From Neocallimastix sp. 'constans' (lineage: Eukaryota), in NCBI GenBank assembly GCA_050613775.1, contig JBODTK010000134.1, positions 434,001 through 477,352 on the forward strand: 43,352 bases of DNA, written 5' to 3'. The notes beneath the pieces were generated by a model, which saw only the letters and a program-made list of their open reading frames with translations, searched no databases and was not told the origin of the DNA. Shown here one piece after another: positions 10,554 through 25,400 of the stretch (positions are counted from its first letter, which is position 1; every line of letters begins with the position of its first letter). Both the position numbers and the translations under genes were made by a program.

Positions 10554-10584
10554 ATTTTTTATTTTATTTTTATTTTTTTATTGA

Positions 10585-10615
<31 letters not shown>

Positions 10616-10638
10616 TAAATAAATTAAATAAAAAAAAA

Positions 10639-11919
10639 TTTTTTTTTGACAAGAGAAGAGAATATACTTTTCATTATTATAATTTATTAATTATTAAATA
10701 TATGTATATATGAATATATTATATTTATTAAAAAAACAAAAAAAAAAAAAATAAAATAAAATTTTATGAAAATGAAATACACAAAATAAAATACATGAAA
10801 TTTTGTACATTAATATTGAAAAACTACATTTAAGTTTCGAGAATGAAATGGTCTCTAATTCTTCTCATTCATCGATGATAACTCCATGAATGTGTATTAA
10901 AATTATCATTCGAATTTGTATCAAAAATTTTTTTATGCTTTATCGTTTTGGCATCGACACTCTTAATTTAACAAATGGCAGGATCTAATGGGTATTCAAA
11001 TTGATTATGATGTAAAAAGTCATTATTCCCAACAATAGGTATAGCATTCCTAAGGAATTCCCCAAGCCTAAAAAAAAAATACAAAATCTGGAAATAAGAC
11101 TGTCTCGTGAAGGTAATTTGAAAGATATTATTAATAAAACGACTTCTATACCCCCAGAATCAATTTTTAAGATTCCATATACTTCTTTTCCTCCAAAAAG
11201 GTGACATATTACTTAAAAAAGTAAAGAAAAAAAAATAAAATTAATACTATCATCAAAAATCATTCTCTTTATCATCTGGAATGTTCAATGAGATCTCATG
11301 AACAATCAGAGAAAAATTAATAAAAAAATTTTCATTAACAAATTGTGTAAATTGTTACCTAAATTCATACAATTTAGGACATAAAAGTATCCAAGTGTGT
11401 ACAACTAGGTAAATGCTATTACTTTCAGTTCACTACAACAAGAACAACATGCTAGGCAATCTTCTGACACCAGTTTGCTTTTTATTTAAGCAAATTTAAA
11501 AAATACCATGATGTTTTTTCAAAAAATTTCCTTTGAAAGTTTATCATTTAAAGATTATATGAACTTTTTTTAAAGTAAGGAATAGATTAGCAATGAAGTG
11601 AAGACATTTACCACAAATACCAATATTATTAAGTTTTATAAGTATATTATAAATTGGAACGGAATCATAAGCTTTTTTTGTTTTTTCTAAGGACAGAATC
11701 TTTAATTCTACATTGATAAGGGAAAATATCATGATAATGATTACAATCGGAAAGATTCACCTTTTCTTAGATTATGAAAAGCAATAGATAGAGAATTCCA
11801 TTCATCAGGGAAGTCATCAACCCATATTTTATTAAATAATAAAAAATAGATATATTTACACAATCAGAATTAAGTAACTTCTTGATTACGATCATTCTGA
11901 GAAGAAGTGCTACTCTTAT

Positions 11920-11956
<37 letters not shown>

Positions 11957-13180
11957 TTAAAAATTTCTGTTGGTATGCCATATCATCAAGACCAGGTGCT
12001 CTGCTATTTTTCATTAAAAGAAAAAAGTATAGTGAATTGTGAATTTCTGACATTAAAATTCATTGGGTTGATTAATGTTCCATGATTTCTGAGGAGAAGA
12101 AGAATAGTTTGGTATTCCTTTCCAATAATTTTCATTAAGACTGTTGCCGGTAGTATCAGAAGCAAGTTCTTCATACTATTCTGAAAAACGGTTGAGTTGA
12201 TCTTCTTGAGGTACTAAGAGCATTACCTACTTTATCTTTAATTAATGTACACAAGGATGATTGGGAAGGTGAGAAAGAAGGTTTAGAGAAATTTTCTTAA
12301 GTCCAGACCAACCACGTTTGAGCGTCATTTTTTAAGAAACATTAGCCGATGGAATGAACTTAAAATAAAAAAAAATTGTATATTTAATAATCCTAATAAT
12401 CCTCTTTAATACTAATGATTACAATCAGAAAGAACCCTATATTCTTTGGAGAGACTACAGAATGCTTGAAAGATTAGATAAATCACTTCAAAGTTTTTTA
12501 AAAAAAATTTTTTTAATTCCTTTTATAAAATAAATACTTTTCATGCGATAATTTCATAATATAGGAAAAGAAAAAAAAAATGGAAAAATGGAATGCTGAA
12601 CCTTGTAAATCTTTAAGAACTCTAACTTTGTTTGTTGAATTTCATCACCTACTTCATTGGCTGTAAATAAGAAGTTTTTTTACCATTACGTTAGGGTCCG
12701 GATTACCATAAATGTTCAAATACGTCCCAATAAACTTGTAAACATGTAAAATTATTACGAAAGAAAAAAATGTTTCAAGTTTATCCCTATTAATTTGATT
12801 AGACCTTTTTTTTTAATTTTCTTACCAGAAGGTGACATAGTATAAACCATTAAGTAATTTTTTTTTTTAATTTTCATATCAGGAGGCGGCGTGGTATAAA
12901 CTATCAGGTAATGTTTTTTTTTTTTTTTTTTAACAAGAAAGAATAGGTGGTAAATGGTCAGAGATATTATTAAAAAGAATTACCTACAAAAGAATCAATA
13001 TTGGGAAAATAACTTAATTTTATTGTTAATAACTATAGAGAAGTCATACAAAAGAATTTTTTTTTTATCATTTCCACCATTAGACCAAGTAAACTAGTGA
13101 TCAACCATATCTATAATAAGTCATTAAGGAAAAATTCTAAGATTTTTTTTATATAAACTAGAAAAAGAATATACTTCCAG
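10639..13180 (-). mobile_element. Decayed non-LTR retrotransposon (LINE with APE and RT), internally deleted, short poly(A) tail
   Basis: SDHLP (APE C-terminus, ~12960-12946), KAYDSVPIYNILIKL..GICGK (RT, ~11675-11600), LGLGEFLRNAIPIVG and KSVDA near the ORF2 end (homologous to 39500-39370). 3' motif plus A-tail at 10667-10639. Many frameshifts. Confidence 0.85.
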
Positions 13181-13222
13181 TACTTTATCAGATAGATAAT
13201 TATATTTTTATGTATTCTATTT

Positions 13223-13278
<56 letters not shown>

Positions 13279-13279
<1 letters not shown>

Positions 13280-13490
13280 ACATTATATGATTTAAAGATT
13301 AAAGATAAAAATAAATTGTATATAAAAGATTAAGTAGAATAAAAAAAATAATAAAAATTAAAAATTAAAAAAAGAAAAAAGAAAAAAAAAACACATTATA
13401 TGATTCAAAGATTAAAGATAAAAATAAATTGTATATAAAAAAGATTAAGTAGAATAAAAAAAAAATAATAAAAATTAAAAAAAAAAAAAA
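13279..13490. repeat. Tandem duplication of ~110 bp
   Basis: cacattatatgatt(t/c)aaagattaaagataaaaataaattgtatataaaa..gattaagtagaat at 13279 and 13392. Confidence 0.9.
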
Positions 13491-13599
13491 AAAAATTTGA
13501 GTGTGATGTATACAAAAAGTAGTTAACGTGATCACCATTTAAATCTTAAATAAAAAAAAAAAAAAAAAAAAAAAAAGAAAAAAAATAAAGTGTGATGTA

Positions 13600-14200
13600 T
13601 ACGCGCAGAACGATTCTCATTAAAAGAATTACTCTCCATAAATTCCGTGAATGGAACTAGACTGTTAGTATTTGTGTCTGAAATATATATATAATAATAG
13701 CACTATTTATAGTATTGTTCCTAAGCCATATCGGAAACGGCGTCAGCACTCTTGGTACTGAAAGGATTTCTTACTAAATCGATCAAAATATAACTCAAGA
13801 GAACAACTAATGACATGATATATGTTTTAGCAAGATAATACGCAAGACTCACAATATATATATATGGAACAGTTGACCCTTGTGAACGGTTAAAGAGTTG
13901 TTCTCTTACATGTCACCATTCCCCTCAGTATCGAATTATAGCTTATCTAAAACTGAAATTCCATTACCAGTTTCCTGAAAACATATAGGAAAACTGGTTT
14001 AAAAAATGGTGTTAGAAGTACTCAATTACAATCTCTTTTCACAAAATTCCATCCAATGGTATTTCCAACTGAGACAAAGTGAAAACTTTTTTTCCGTGTC
14101 AGAATTAAGATAACTGGATTTTGAGCATTTAGATTAGGGTACATTGGAAAGTATTTGGGTACATGATTGATTTGGTATTTTATAATATTTTCTAAATTAA
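13600..14200 (-). pseudogene. Possible decayed 5' part (ORF1 region) of the adjacent LINE
   Basis: GC-richer, coding-like composition directly upstream of the APE domain. No motif confidently read. Confidence 0.25.
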
Positions 14201-14251
14201 TTAATTGAATTGAGAATTTACAGAGTTTGTTTGTTTTTATTAGATATTAAT

Positions 14252-14964
14252 TTTTTTTTTATCATCTCTCTCTTCTCTTTGTATTGTCAAATATTTAAAC
14301 AAGATATACGTCTTTGCATATTTTGTTATGGTGAATAAGCTTTTTTTTTTTTTGGAACAACTACACTATGAAATTTTTTAGATCCTAATATTGCTTTTTT
14401 TTTTTTTTTTTCAAATATTTTTTAAAAATTTTGGGTTGATTGAAACTTAGAGGTATACTATCATTTAAAATTAGTAATCCGTTTTCCCTGACAAAAAATA
14501 GTATTCATTCTTTAATTTTTTTTTTTTTATCAGTGGTATACTCTCACGAATCAATATTAAAAATGAAGGAATTTATTCATTCTAAATACAAAAATAAAAA
14601 AAATTAAACTAAAATATTAATAGCTATAAAAACTATAAAATATAAAGATTAATAAAAAATGTTTATTAATAAAAAATGTTTAATAATAATAATAATAATA
14701 ATAATAATGTAATAATTAATTATAATAAATAATAATAATAATACGTATGTAATAATAATAATTATGTTAGAATATGTGAAATGTATGAAAAATAAGCTTC
14801 AAATGTATTGAAACATATAGTAATATAAATAATGTATAAGCCACAATGTATTAATATAAAAGCATTTAATTTAGAATAATTAAGTGCTAGTAACTCTTTA
14901 TCATAAAATATATTAATAAAGTTGACATAATTATAAACCATAAATTCATAACTCTTAACAAATT

Positions 14965-15063
<99 letters not shown>

Positions 15064-15231
15064 TATAATTATAATAAAATAAATCATAAATCTAGAAAAA
15101 TTACAAAACAATTTTCAGAATATATTTATTCTCTCTCTTTTTTTTTTTTTTATCCTCTCTCTCTTCTCTTTGAATTGTCAAATATTTAAGCTAGATAAAC
15201 GTCTTTGCATATTTTGTTATGGTGAATAAAC
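14252..15231. repeat. ~90 bp direct repeat pair (14252-14340 and 15140-15231) enclosing (TAA)n-rich DNA
   Basis: tctctctcttctctttg(t/a)attgtcaaatatttaa..agata(t/a)acgtctttgcatattttgttatggtgaataa in both copies. Confidence 0.9.
14970..15062. repeat. (TAA)n microsatellite
   Basis: Perfect run of about 30 units. Confidence 0.97.
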
Positions 15232-15956
15232 TTTATTTTTTTTTTTTTTGATTAATAAAGCTCTATTTTATGTAATAATTTTATGTAAAATAATCATATA
15301 TATATTAACTTAAAATGTTAAAGGTAAATAAAAATAAAATGTTAGTAGTGAAATACTATTAAAAAAAAAAAAAAAAGATTTTTATCCGTTAAATAAAGTT
15401 TTAAATACAAGCTTTGGAGTGAATCAATTCTCCTACATTTCCAATTTACAATAGCTACATAAAGTTTAAATAATACAATAGAAAATACAAATGATAAGAT
15501 AAATAAATACTAAAGTAAAAAAAATACAATACTATGATAATATACAAATACAAATAGATTAAAAAAATTGAATTAAAAATGAATTAAGTCCGTCATGTTT
15601 TACAAAAGGTTTCAACCATTAATAACAGAGATTTAAAATATTGAGTATTAGAGGAAGAGAAATGACATACAAAATACTATCAGAGATTAGATAGGTATAG
15701 TGGATTCAAAATAATATCTATTTCTATTACACTTGATACCTGCATAACGGTGCAAATCCTTGAGGTCCATCTTCCAATTTATTCTTTTCAACAGGTTTAA
15801 GTGCCTTAAAGATTAGATAAATCCCTTCTTTATTTTAAAGGTTTTGTAAAAAAAATAAATAAATAAATAAATAAATAAATTTAATTAAAATTTTAAAAAA
15901 AATAAAATAAAATAAAATAAAATAAAATAAAAATAAAAAATAAAAAATAAAAAATA

Positions 15957-15992
<36 letters not shown>

Positions 15993-16107
15993 TAAATAAA
16001 AAATAAAAAATAAAAATGAATGAAAAATGTTGCTACACCATTATAAATAAAATGTTAAACAAATATTGTAATAAAAATAAAAAAGAAATATTATAATATA
16101 TATAAAG

Positions 16108-16144
<37 letters not shown>

Positions 16145-16494
16145 ATTATATTAACTATAAAGGAAAAATTAATAAAAAAAAAAAATAATAATAAAATAAA
16201 AATAAAACTAAATAAATAAGTAAATAAATTTTTAAGGGATAAATAATAATGATATAATAGAAAAAAAAAAAAAAAAAAAAAAGTAATAATACTAAGAAAA
16301 CTTTTAAATAAATAAAATAAATTTGGGGTTACTTTTTTTTTTTATTTTTATTATTTTTTTTTTTTAATGATATAACATATTACGTTAACGCTATTGAATT
16401 AAGTTATAATTAATGTTTTTTGCTTTTTGTTTTGTTTTGTTTTGTTTTACTTTGTTTTTTTATTCCAACTTTACATTTTTTTTAACTTATTTAT

Positions 16495-16525
<31 letters not shown>

Positions 16526-16558
16526 TTATTTTTTTTATTATTAATATTATTTTTCTTC

Positions 16559-16602
<44 letters not shown>

Positions 16603-16618
16603 CTTCTTTCTTATTTTC

Positions 16619-18656
16619 TTAAAAATCTTTAAAATATTCATCATAATTCTCTTCTTCTTCGGGATCATCTAATGATAAACCTTCTTGATCATGGGATTGA
16701 TAATATTCTTTATCACAGGGTTCGGAATAACGTTGGAAATGACGAGTATCACCTTCACTATAAATTTCTGGTATAAATGGTGGAGCTATCGCTAATTTTG
16801 CTACTTTTGACCATTCCACACCAGAGAACCATTTATGTTCCTTAATATCTTCAGCACCATTCTTTAAATTACCATAACGTTTCGTTAAATCTGGAGTAAT
16901 TAATTGTTTTATTAAATGTTTAGCATCAGATTTAATATAAGATGGCCAATAGATCTTACCACTTAAAATCTTTTTATAGAGTTGAAGTTGATCTTGATCA
17001 TAGAAAGGTGGATAACCACAAAGCATTTCATAAATTAAAATACCTAAGGAATACCAATCCACTGCTTTACCATACGCTTTCGAAAGGATAACCTCAGGTG
17101 CCATATATTCAGGAGTACCACAGAGGGTATAGGTAACATCAGGAACATGTTTAGCAAAACCTAAATCAACCAATTTTATATGTCCTGTGATATCTAGCAT
17201 AATATTTTCTGGTTTCAAATCACGATAGATGATATTCTTAGAATGTAAGTAATCCAAAGCAACTGTAACCTCGGCAGCATAAAATTTCGCTACATTATTA
17301 ATAAATCTAGTTTTCTTCTTCAATACGGCAAAGAGTTCCCCACCTGCAATATAATTAGTAACGATAAATAAATGAGTTTTTGTTTGAAAGGTTCCTAATA
17401 AATGAATAAATAATGGATGACGTAACTCTTCCAATATTTGTTTTTCTTCCTTAATATGCTCAATTTGTTGTTCCTTAACGATATGCTTTTTTTGAATGGC
17501 TTTCATAGCATAAAATTTTTTATTGGAATGGGACCGTACTAAATGTACCCTTCCAAAACTTCCAGTACCAATAGTTTTTATAACATCAAATGAATCTAAA
17601 TTAATTTCATTTTTATTAAGTGGAGGTGGAGGTGGAAGATAATGTGGAGCTGGTCTACTTGGAGGAGGTATATCTGGTAATTTTGTAGTTGGAGGAGGTG
17701 TTGGTGATTTTAAAATTAAACTTTGATATTCCACGGTTAATGATGACATTGCATTAGTAATTGGATCTTTTGAAGAATCAATCTTATTTTCACCATTAGC
17801 CATGATTTTCTTATTATTGTTTTTAATAATATCATTATTATTATTATTAGTATTAGTATTAGTATTATCGTTTTTAATAATAATATTATTATTGATTTTA
17901 TTATTATTGTTGTTGTTGTCGTTATTTAATGATTCAATATTTTCAAAGTTATTATGATTTTTATATTTGAAATTTAAGGCTTTAATATCCTTTAATAATA
18001 AATTAATGTTTAAATTAAGATTATTTTTATTACTATTTTTTGGGGTAATAATAGAAGGTGTAACAGGTTCAGAAGGAATAGATTCCGTTTCCGTTGGTTT
18101 TGAGGATATATTTTCAGAATCAGAATCATTTGAGTAGTCTTTAGAATGAATGTAAATAATGCTACTTTGCTTTTTTGGTGTTGGACTTAACAAAGTAGGT
18201 GTTGTAGGAGAAGTTAATTTGAATAAATTATTAATGTTTTGTGAATTTGATAATGATGATTTACAAAGATTATTATTATTATTTAATGATTTTGTGGATA
18301 TATTTAATCCAAAAGATTTTAAGCTTCTATTTATTTCATTCTCAAGAATCTTTTTATATCAAATATATGTATATATAAATTATCAAAAAAAAAAAAAAAA
18401 AGAGAGAGAGAAAGAGAAAAGGAGAGATAAAATAAAATAAAAATATTAATATATATATAATTTCTAATATCAAATATAGTTTTCATTTATTAAAAAAAAA
18501 TAAGAAATATTATTTATTTTAGATTATAAAAAAAAAAAATAAAATTACGTTGTTTGAAGAGCCTTTAGATGCTTTCGACTGTTTTTTACCTTTGGAAGAA
18601 TTGGTAAGTAATGTATGAGTTGAAGTGATAGAATTTTTATTAATAATAGAAGCCAT
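16619..18656 (-). CDS. pkaC: cAMP-dependent protein kinase catalytic subunit (PKA-C), two exons: 18656-18549 and 18349-16619, predicted 612 aa
   Basis: GTGSFGRV, YAMK, YRDLKPEN, DLGFAK, TYTLCGTPEYMAPE, DWYSLG, RYGNLKNGAEDIKEHKWF, GDTRHF, terminal FKDF. Exon 1 is 108 nt (MASII...SSNN) ending at GTAATT. Phase-0 intron 18548-18350 ends in AAG. Exon 2 is 1731 nt in frame, with an in-frame TGA just upstream of the acceptor. Confidence 0.93.
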
Positions 18657-19690
18657 AACTACCAAGTGAAAAAAAAATAATAATAATAATAATAAAAAAA
18701 AAAAAAAAAGGAAAAAAGATAATAACAAATTAAAAAATAAAAAAAAAGGTATTTATATATATATAAATATATAAATTTTGATAAAATCTTAAATTAATTA
18801 TAATTTAATTATTTAAGCAATTATGTTTAGTACAAAATAAAAGGTAACTATTTTTATTCTGTACGTTACTATATTTGATAGTTTGTATTTTTTTGTATTT
18901 TTTTTTCAATATAAAATTTTTTGTTTATTTATGATTTTATTTTTTGTATTTTTTAAGATGTGAGTCGTTATTACTATGATATACTATTTAATATTCTATT
19001 TCTATTTTGAATTATATTTTTAATTTTTTAATATTATAATTTTGATAAACGATATTAAAAAAATTGAATATCTAGTTATTTTTATTTTTTTTTTTTTTTT
19101 ATTGATTTTGATAATTTGGTAATAATTCGCTCTAAATATATAATTTTTATATATATATATGAAATGGCTTTTACCTATTTATTAATTATATTAAAATAAA
19201 ATTAATTATTAATATTTATTATTCAATATATACATTTAAATATTTTAAATATTATATTAAAATACATTGAGTTTTTTTTTGTTTTTTTTTTTGTTATAAT
19301 TAATTTTTACTAACTTTTTTTTATAACGAATAATAAAAAAAAGCATATATTTATTTATAAATAAATATTTTATGTGAAGATATAGTTAAATGTTATTTTT
19401 ATTTAGTAGTTGTTAATAACGTTCTCTATCATTAAGAAAACTAATTTATATAAATATAAACAATTTTTTATATTAATAATGAATAACGAAGTTCGTTTAA
19501 TTTTTTTATTAATAATTATTTACAAATAAAAAATAATAATAATAAAGAAAGATATTAAATAATATAAAGTAATTATGAAAGTAAAATAATTTTACAAAAA
19601 GAAAAAAAAAGAAAAATAAATAAGTAAAAAAATATCATTTTTTATATGAAAAAAAAATTTTTTTTTAATACAAAAACTTTTCATATTATT

Positions 19691-19780
19691 ATTATTGATT
19701 ATTGATTATTGATTATTGATTATTGATTATTGATTATTGATTATTGATTATTGATTATTGATTATTGATTATTGATTATT
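19691..19780. repeat. (ATTATTG)n heptamer array, about 12 units
   Basis: Period-7 run read directly. Confidence 0.95.
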
Positions 19781-20199
19781 AATTATTTATTATTTATTAT
19801 TTATTATTCAATTATTATTTATTTATTAATTATTTATTATTTATTATTATTTTAATATTAATATATTCCAATTTAATCTTAATATACTATTAATTAAGGT
19901 TTGAAGGAATAAAAGTATTTAAAAGTAATATATTAGAAATATATTATTTATATTAATCTAATTTAACATTTTAAATGAAAAATTTTCATGAATGAAAAAT
20001 ATTAGAATAGATGATAAAATTTTAGTATTGATTAAAATTATATTCAATTAATGATTTAATTATTATGTGATGATCATAAAATTAATGTATATTTTCTTTA
20101 CAATAATAATATTTTATTATATCAAGAATAAATTATATCTTTATTACATTAAAACCAACCGTTTCAAATTATTTAACTTTTTCTTTTTTTTTATATTAT

Positions 20200-20975
20200 T
20201 GTTGTATTTAATTAATTTTATTATTTAAATTTTATTATTTATTATTTGAATTTTATTATTTAAACTTTACTATTTAAAATTTACTATTTATTATTTATTA
20301 TTTAATTATTTAGTTATTTATCCATAATTATTTATTTTCTATTATTTATTATTTATTATTTATTATTATTTATTATTTATTATTTTTTAGTATCTATAAT
20401 TATTTAGTATTATTTCATTTATTATTTATTATTTGTTCTTTGTTACTTATCCATAATTTTTTATTTTCTTTTATTATTCACTACTTATTAATTACTCATT
20501 ATTTACTATAATCATTTATTATTCACTATTTATTATTTATTATTTATTATTTATTATTTATTATTTATTATTTATTATTCAATTATTTATTATTTATTAT
20601 TATTTATTATTTATTATTTATTATTTATTATTATTTAATTATTCAATTATTTATTATTTATTATTTTATTATTTATTATTTATTATTTATTATTTAATTA
20701 TTCAATTATTTATTATTATTATTTATTATTTATTATTTATTATTTATTATTTATTATTTATTATTTATTATTTATTATTTATTATTCAATTATTTATTAT
20801 TTATTATTTATTATTTATTATTTATTATTTATTATTTAATTATTCAATTATTTATTATTTATTATTTATTATTTATTATTTATTATTTATTATTTATTAT
20901 TTATTATTTATTATTTATTATTTATTATTTATTATTTATTATTTAATTATTTATTCATTTATTCATTTATTTTTT
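20200..20975. repeat. Degenerate (TTATTTA)n heptamer minisatellite with interspersed TTATTCAA variants
   Basis: Period 7, cleanest at 20530-20945. Confidence 0.9.
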
Positions 20976-21844
20976 ATCTTTATCTTTCACTATACATTTA
21001 TATTTCATAATTTTTCCATTTATATTAGGTATATTGATAAATTTAACTGGTATAAATTATAATCATAATTTTTATTATTAATAAAACTACCAATAAAAAT
21101 TAAAGTAAAACGTAAAATAAAAAGTTTATATTAATTATAAAAAAAAGTTTTTTTTATTTTTTACCTTTTTCATTTATTAAATATAATTAAAAAATTTTTT
21201 TTTTACTAACAAAAATATTTTATTATATATATTTTTATATATAATTTTTTTTAATTAATTTTTAACAATAAATTAATCATATTTATATTATTGATTTAAT
21301 TAAAAATGGTAATTTTTTTCCTGTTTTTTTTTTTTTTTTTTTTTTTTTCTTATATATTTGTTATTTGTTTTTATCTTTTCTCTTTTTTTTTTTTTTTTTC
21401 TTTTTTTTTTTTTTTCTTTTTTTTTTTATTACTCTTTTTACTTTTTTTTTTGACTTTTGGCTATTTCTTGTATTTTTATTATTGTTTTTCTCTTTTTATT
21501 TTTTTTTTCTCTTTTTAGTATTTTATTTTATACTATTTCTTTTTTTACTTTTATTTTAATTTATACTATTTTTTTTTTTTATTATTATATTTATATTTAT
21601 ATATTTCTTATATAAAAGTATTTTTTATAATAAAAGATTATCATTTAAACTTTTAAACTAGTTTTAATAATAATTTTTAATAAAAAATTTTTAAATAACA
21701 AAAAGCTGTTCTTATTATATAATTATTAATAAAATACATTGTTAAAAATTATTTTTTTTTCTTTTTCTTTTTTGACATTAAAAAAATTGTTTTATTTAAC
21801 GATAAAAAAAATACAAAAAAATGAAATACAAAAAATTAAAAGAA

Positions 21845-21891
<47 letters not shown>

Positions 21892-22419
21892 AAATTTTTA
21901 TTCCTTTTATACTTTAATTTTTATTTTAAAAAAAAAAAAATACATATTTACATATTTATATTTATATATATATAATTTATTATAAATATTTTTTTTATAG
22001 AATAATAAAAAAACTATCCAACATCTAGAAACAATAAAAAGTTTATTTATTTATTTATTTATTAATATCATTAATAATGATTCATCTAATTAAAAAAAAT
22101 CCTTTTTTTTTTTTTTTACAAAATTAAATAATATCCATAAAAAATAAAATAAAATAAAATAAAAAGAATATATTAAATATATTTATAATTATTATAAAAT
22201 TATTATAGTCATGATATAACCAAAGCAACAACCAACAAAAATAAGAAAAAAAAATTTTTTTTAATATTTATCTAAATGTATTCATAAATATATTTTTATA
22301 TATACGCTCTTTTATATACATAATAATTTGACTCCTTAACATTTTACTTGAATAGACTGTAATTATCTCTGTATATAAAGAATGTATATCAATTATATCT
22401 CTTTTTTTATATATTTCAA

Positions 22420-22450
<31 letters not shown>

Positions 22451-25400
22451 GATAAAAAAAGAAAAATAATAATTATAATAATAATCCCATTTTTACACGC
22501 CATACGATGACACAAAGCAATTTATCATATAATAAATAACAAATAACTTTTAACATATAAAATATAATAAAATATTATATATAACATATAACTTATAACA
22601 TATAACATATAAATATTAAATTATAATATACATCTAATTTATATTTTATGAATATATATAATCTTATAATTTTTTTTTCTCTTTACCTTATGGTTTTAAA
22701 CTACGTAATTTAGTTTATATATATGAAATATATAATTTCATTTAAATGATTTAAGATTATATGCACAATGAATATAAATAAAAAGAAAAAAGAAATAAAA
22801 AATAATTCATAAATATATATATTGTAAATTGATAATTAAAAGCAAAAAAAAGAAGTGCATCAAAAAATTTTCATATTTCCATAGTTATTCTTTTTATTAT
22901 TATCGTTAATACTAAAAATACAAATTATTTAATCAGAAAAAATTTGAATATGAACCAAATAATAAAAAAAATAAAAAAAATAAAAAAAAAAGTGAGTTTT
23001 TTATGTTTTAAAACTTTAAAGTTCCATAATTAAATAATAAATTTAGATAGTATGCCATGATGAACTATCAAATATTTAAAATTATTGATATTTCTAAATA
23101 TATATTTATTTATACTTTTTTTTTTTTTTTTTTATTAATATTTATATTCACATTTTTATATATATATATATTTAAGTTATATATTTATATTTATATATAA
23201 ATATTTTTTTATTAATATTTATATTTATATTTTATTTATACATATTTTTATATTTATTATGATATTAAATATAATATATTATTATTAAATTTTTATATAT
23301 CAAATACAAAGATAATATATGATTATATAAATAAATAAATAAATAAAAGAAACAGAAAATTATACCTAATAAAAAAAATTTGAAAAAATTTTTAAAGTTT
23401 TAATATATTGTACTATTATTATGCTGTATATTAAAATTAAATAAAACTTTTATTTATATATTTATTAAATATAAATTAATATATTTCAATAATTATATTT
23501 TCACTTCTTTTATATTTATAATATAATGATTATTAATATGATTTTACTAATATAAATTAAGTTACATATAAACCAATAATATTAATAGTATGCTATTTAT
23601 ATTATTAATTTTTTTAATATTTATATTTTAATTAAAAAAGAAAAAAAAGTTTAAAAAAATGCTCATAATAAAAATCAAAATGTAAATAAAGTTCGATTGA
23701 AATTTTTCATATATAAAGATATATAAATAATATATAATATGCTTAATCTTATATTAATTTGAAATAAAATCAATGTAATATAATATGAATTTAAAAAAAA
23801 AAAAGGAATTTTATTTGTTAAAAATTTTTTTTCTTTTGAACTTATTTATAATCTTTCATTCATTGGTTACACTAATACTAAAATTATATACAATTATATA
23901 TATTATGTATATATCATAATATGTTGTTTATTTATTATGTATATATTATTTAATATTTATATGTAGATTGATGATATATACATTATTTGCAATATAGTTT
24001 TGTTTAGCTTGTTTAAAGAATTTATTAAATTATATAATTATAACAGATTATAAAAATAAAAATATGATATTGCTATTGCTTGTAATAATAAACGGCTAAA
24101 TAAGTTTAATAATTTAAAAAAAATATATATATAATATAAATAAAAACAAAAAATTAGACTTTTATTTATTAACTTTTAGGAACATTAATAATAACAATTT
24201 TACATGAATATAATAAAAATTGTAAATTCTTTTCTTTTATGTATATATATATTATTATAACCATTTGACCTCAATAGAAAAGAATATAAAGTAGTTAAGA
24301 GTGTATAAAAAAAGATAATTATTCTCATATAATATAAATTCTGTATTACAATTTTTTTTAACTTATCTCAACCATATGCTAAAATAAAATAAAGTAAAAT
24401 AAAATAAATCATCTTTTATTCTTCTGCTAAATAAATTTATTTTGTTTCTTCCATAAATGGCTATTTTACAAACAAAATAAAAATAAAAAGGAAATTTTTT
24501 TTTACCTCAATTAATTTATTTTTAATATGAAATTAAACAAAAATATAATAAAAAAAAAATACAAAAAAAAAATACAAAAAAATACAAAAAATAAATATAA
24601 ATAAATATAAATAAATACAAATTTTAATTTAATCATTATAAATTGAATTTAAATTGTACATTTTTTAATATTTTCATTTTGTTTTTTTTTTTTTTATCAC
24701 ATTTTATCATTTTCCTAATTAGGAAAATTTTTATTACCAAATTCAATAAAATCATGTATTTACTTTAGATATAGATATAATATTTAATATTTTTTTTTTT
24801 GATAAATAATAAATTTATATATATATTAAATTATTTTTTTTAGGCTTTATCAATAAAAAGTTTAATATAAATAAAAAAATAAAAATTGTGGCGTATATTG
24901 TTTAATGATATGCCATTTGAATTAATGTACAATTATTAGAAATATAAATATATCATTATTAATAATATTATAATTGAGAATTCTTTAATATAAATTTAAT
25001 AAATAGAGTATATTTAATAAAAAGTACGAAAAGCACGTTGCTCATATTAAAAAAAAAATTATATATTAAAAATATTGGATACTTTTTTCCTTTTCTACAC
25101 ATGGATTTAATATATAAAAAAAATTTTTTTTTACTTAATGTATATAATCACTTTATTAACACAACAAAAAACAAATAATAAATAGCAAAGTTATATAATT
25201 AAATAATTAAATAATAAAAAAAGTCTAAAAATTAAAAAAAAAAAAAAAAAAACAGTAAAAAACAAATATTATATATATATATATATAAAATGGAAAATTA
25301 TAACTGTGATAATAAAGTATTAAATAATAATATAATATTCCTTAATATTCTTATTTTATTTTGTTTTATTACTAATATTATATGTCTTATAAACTTTTAA

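Noticed and set aside
15400..15835. GC-richer segment between the LINE region and PKA
   Set aside because: No frame I read gave a recognisable motif. Probably an old TE or gene relic, but unsupported.
18159..18440. Plus-strand 93-aa ORF
   Set aside because: Antisense to PKA exon 2 and its intron, and low complexity.
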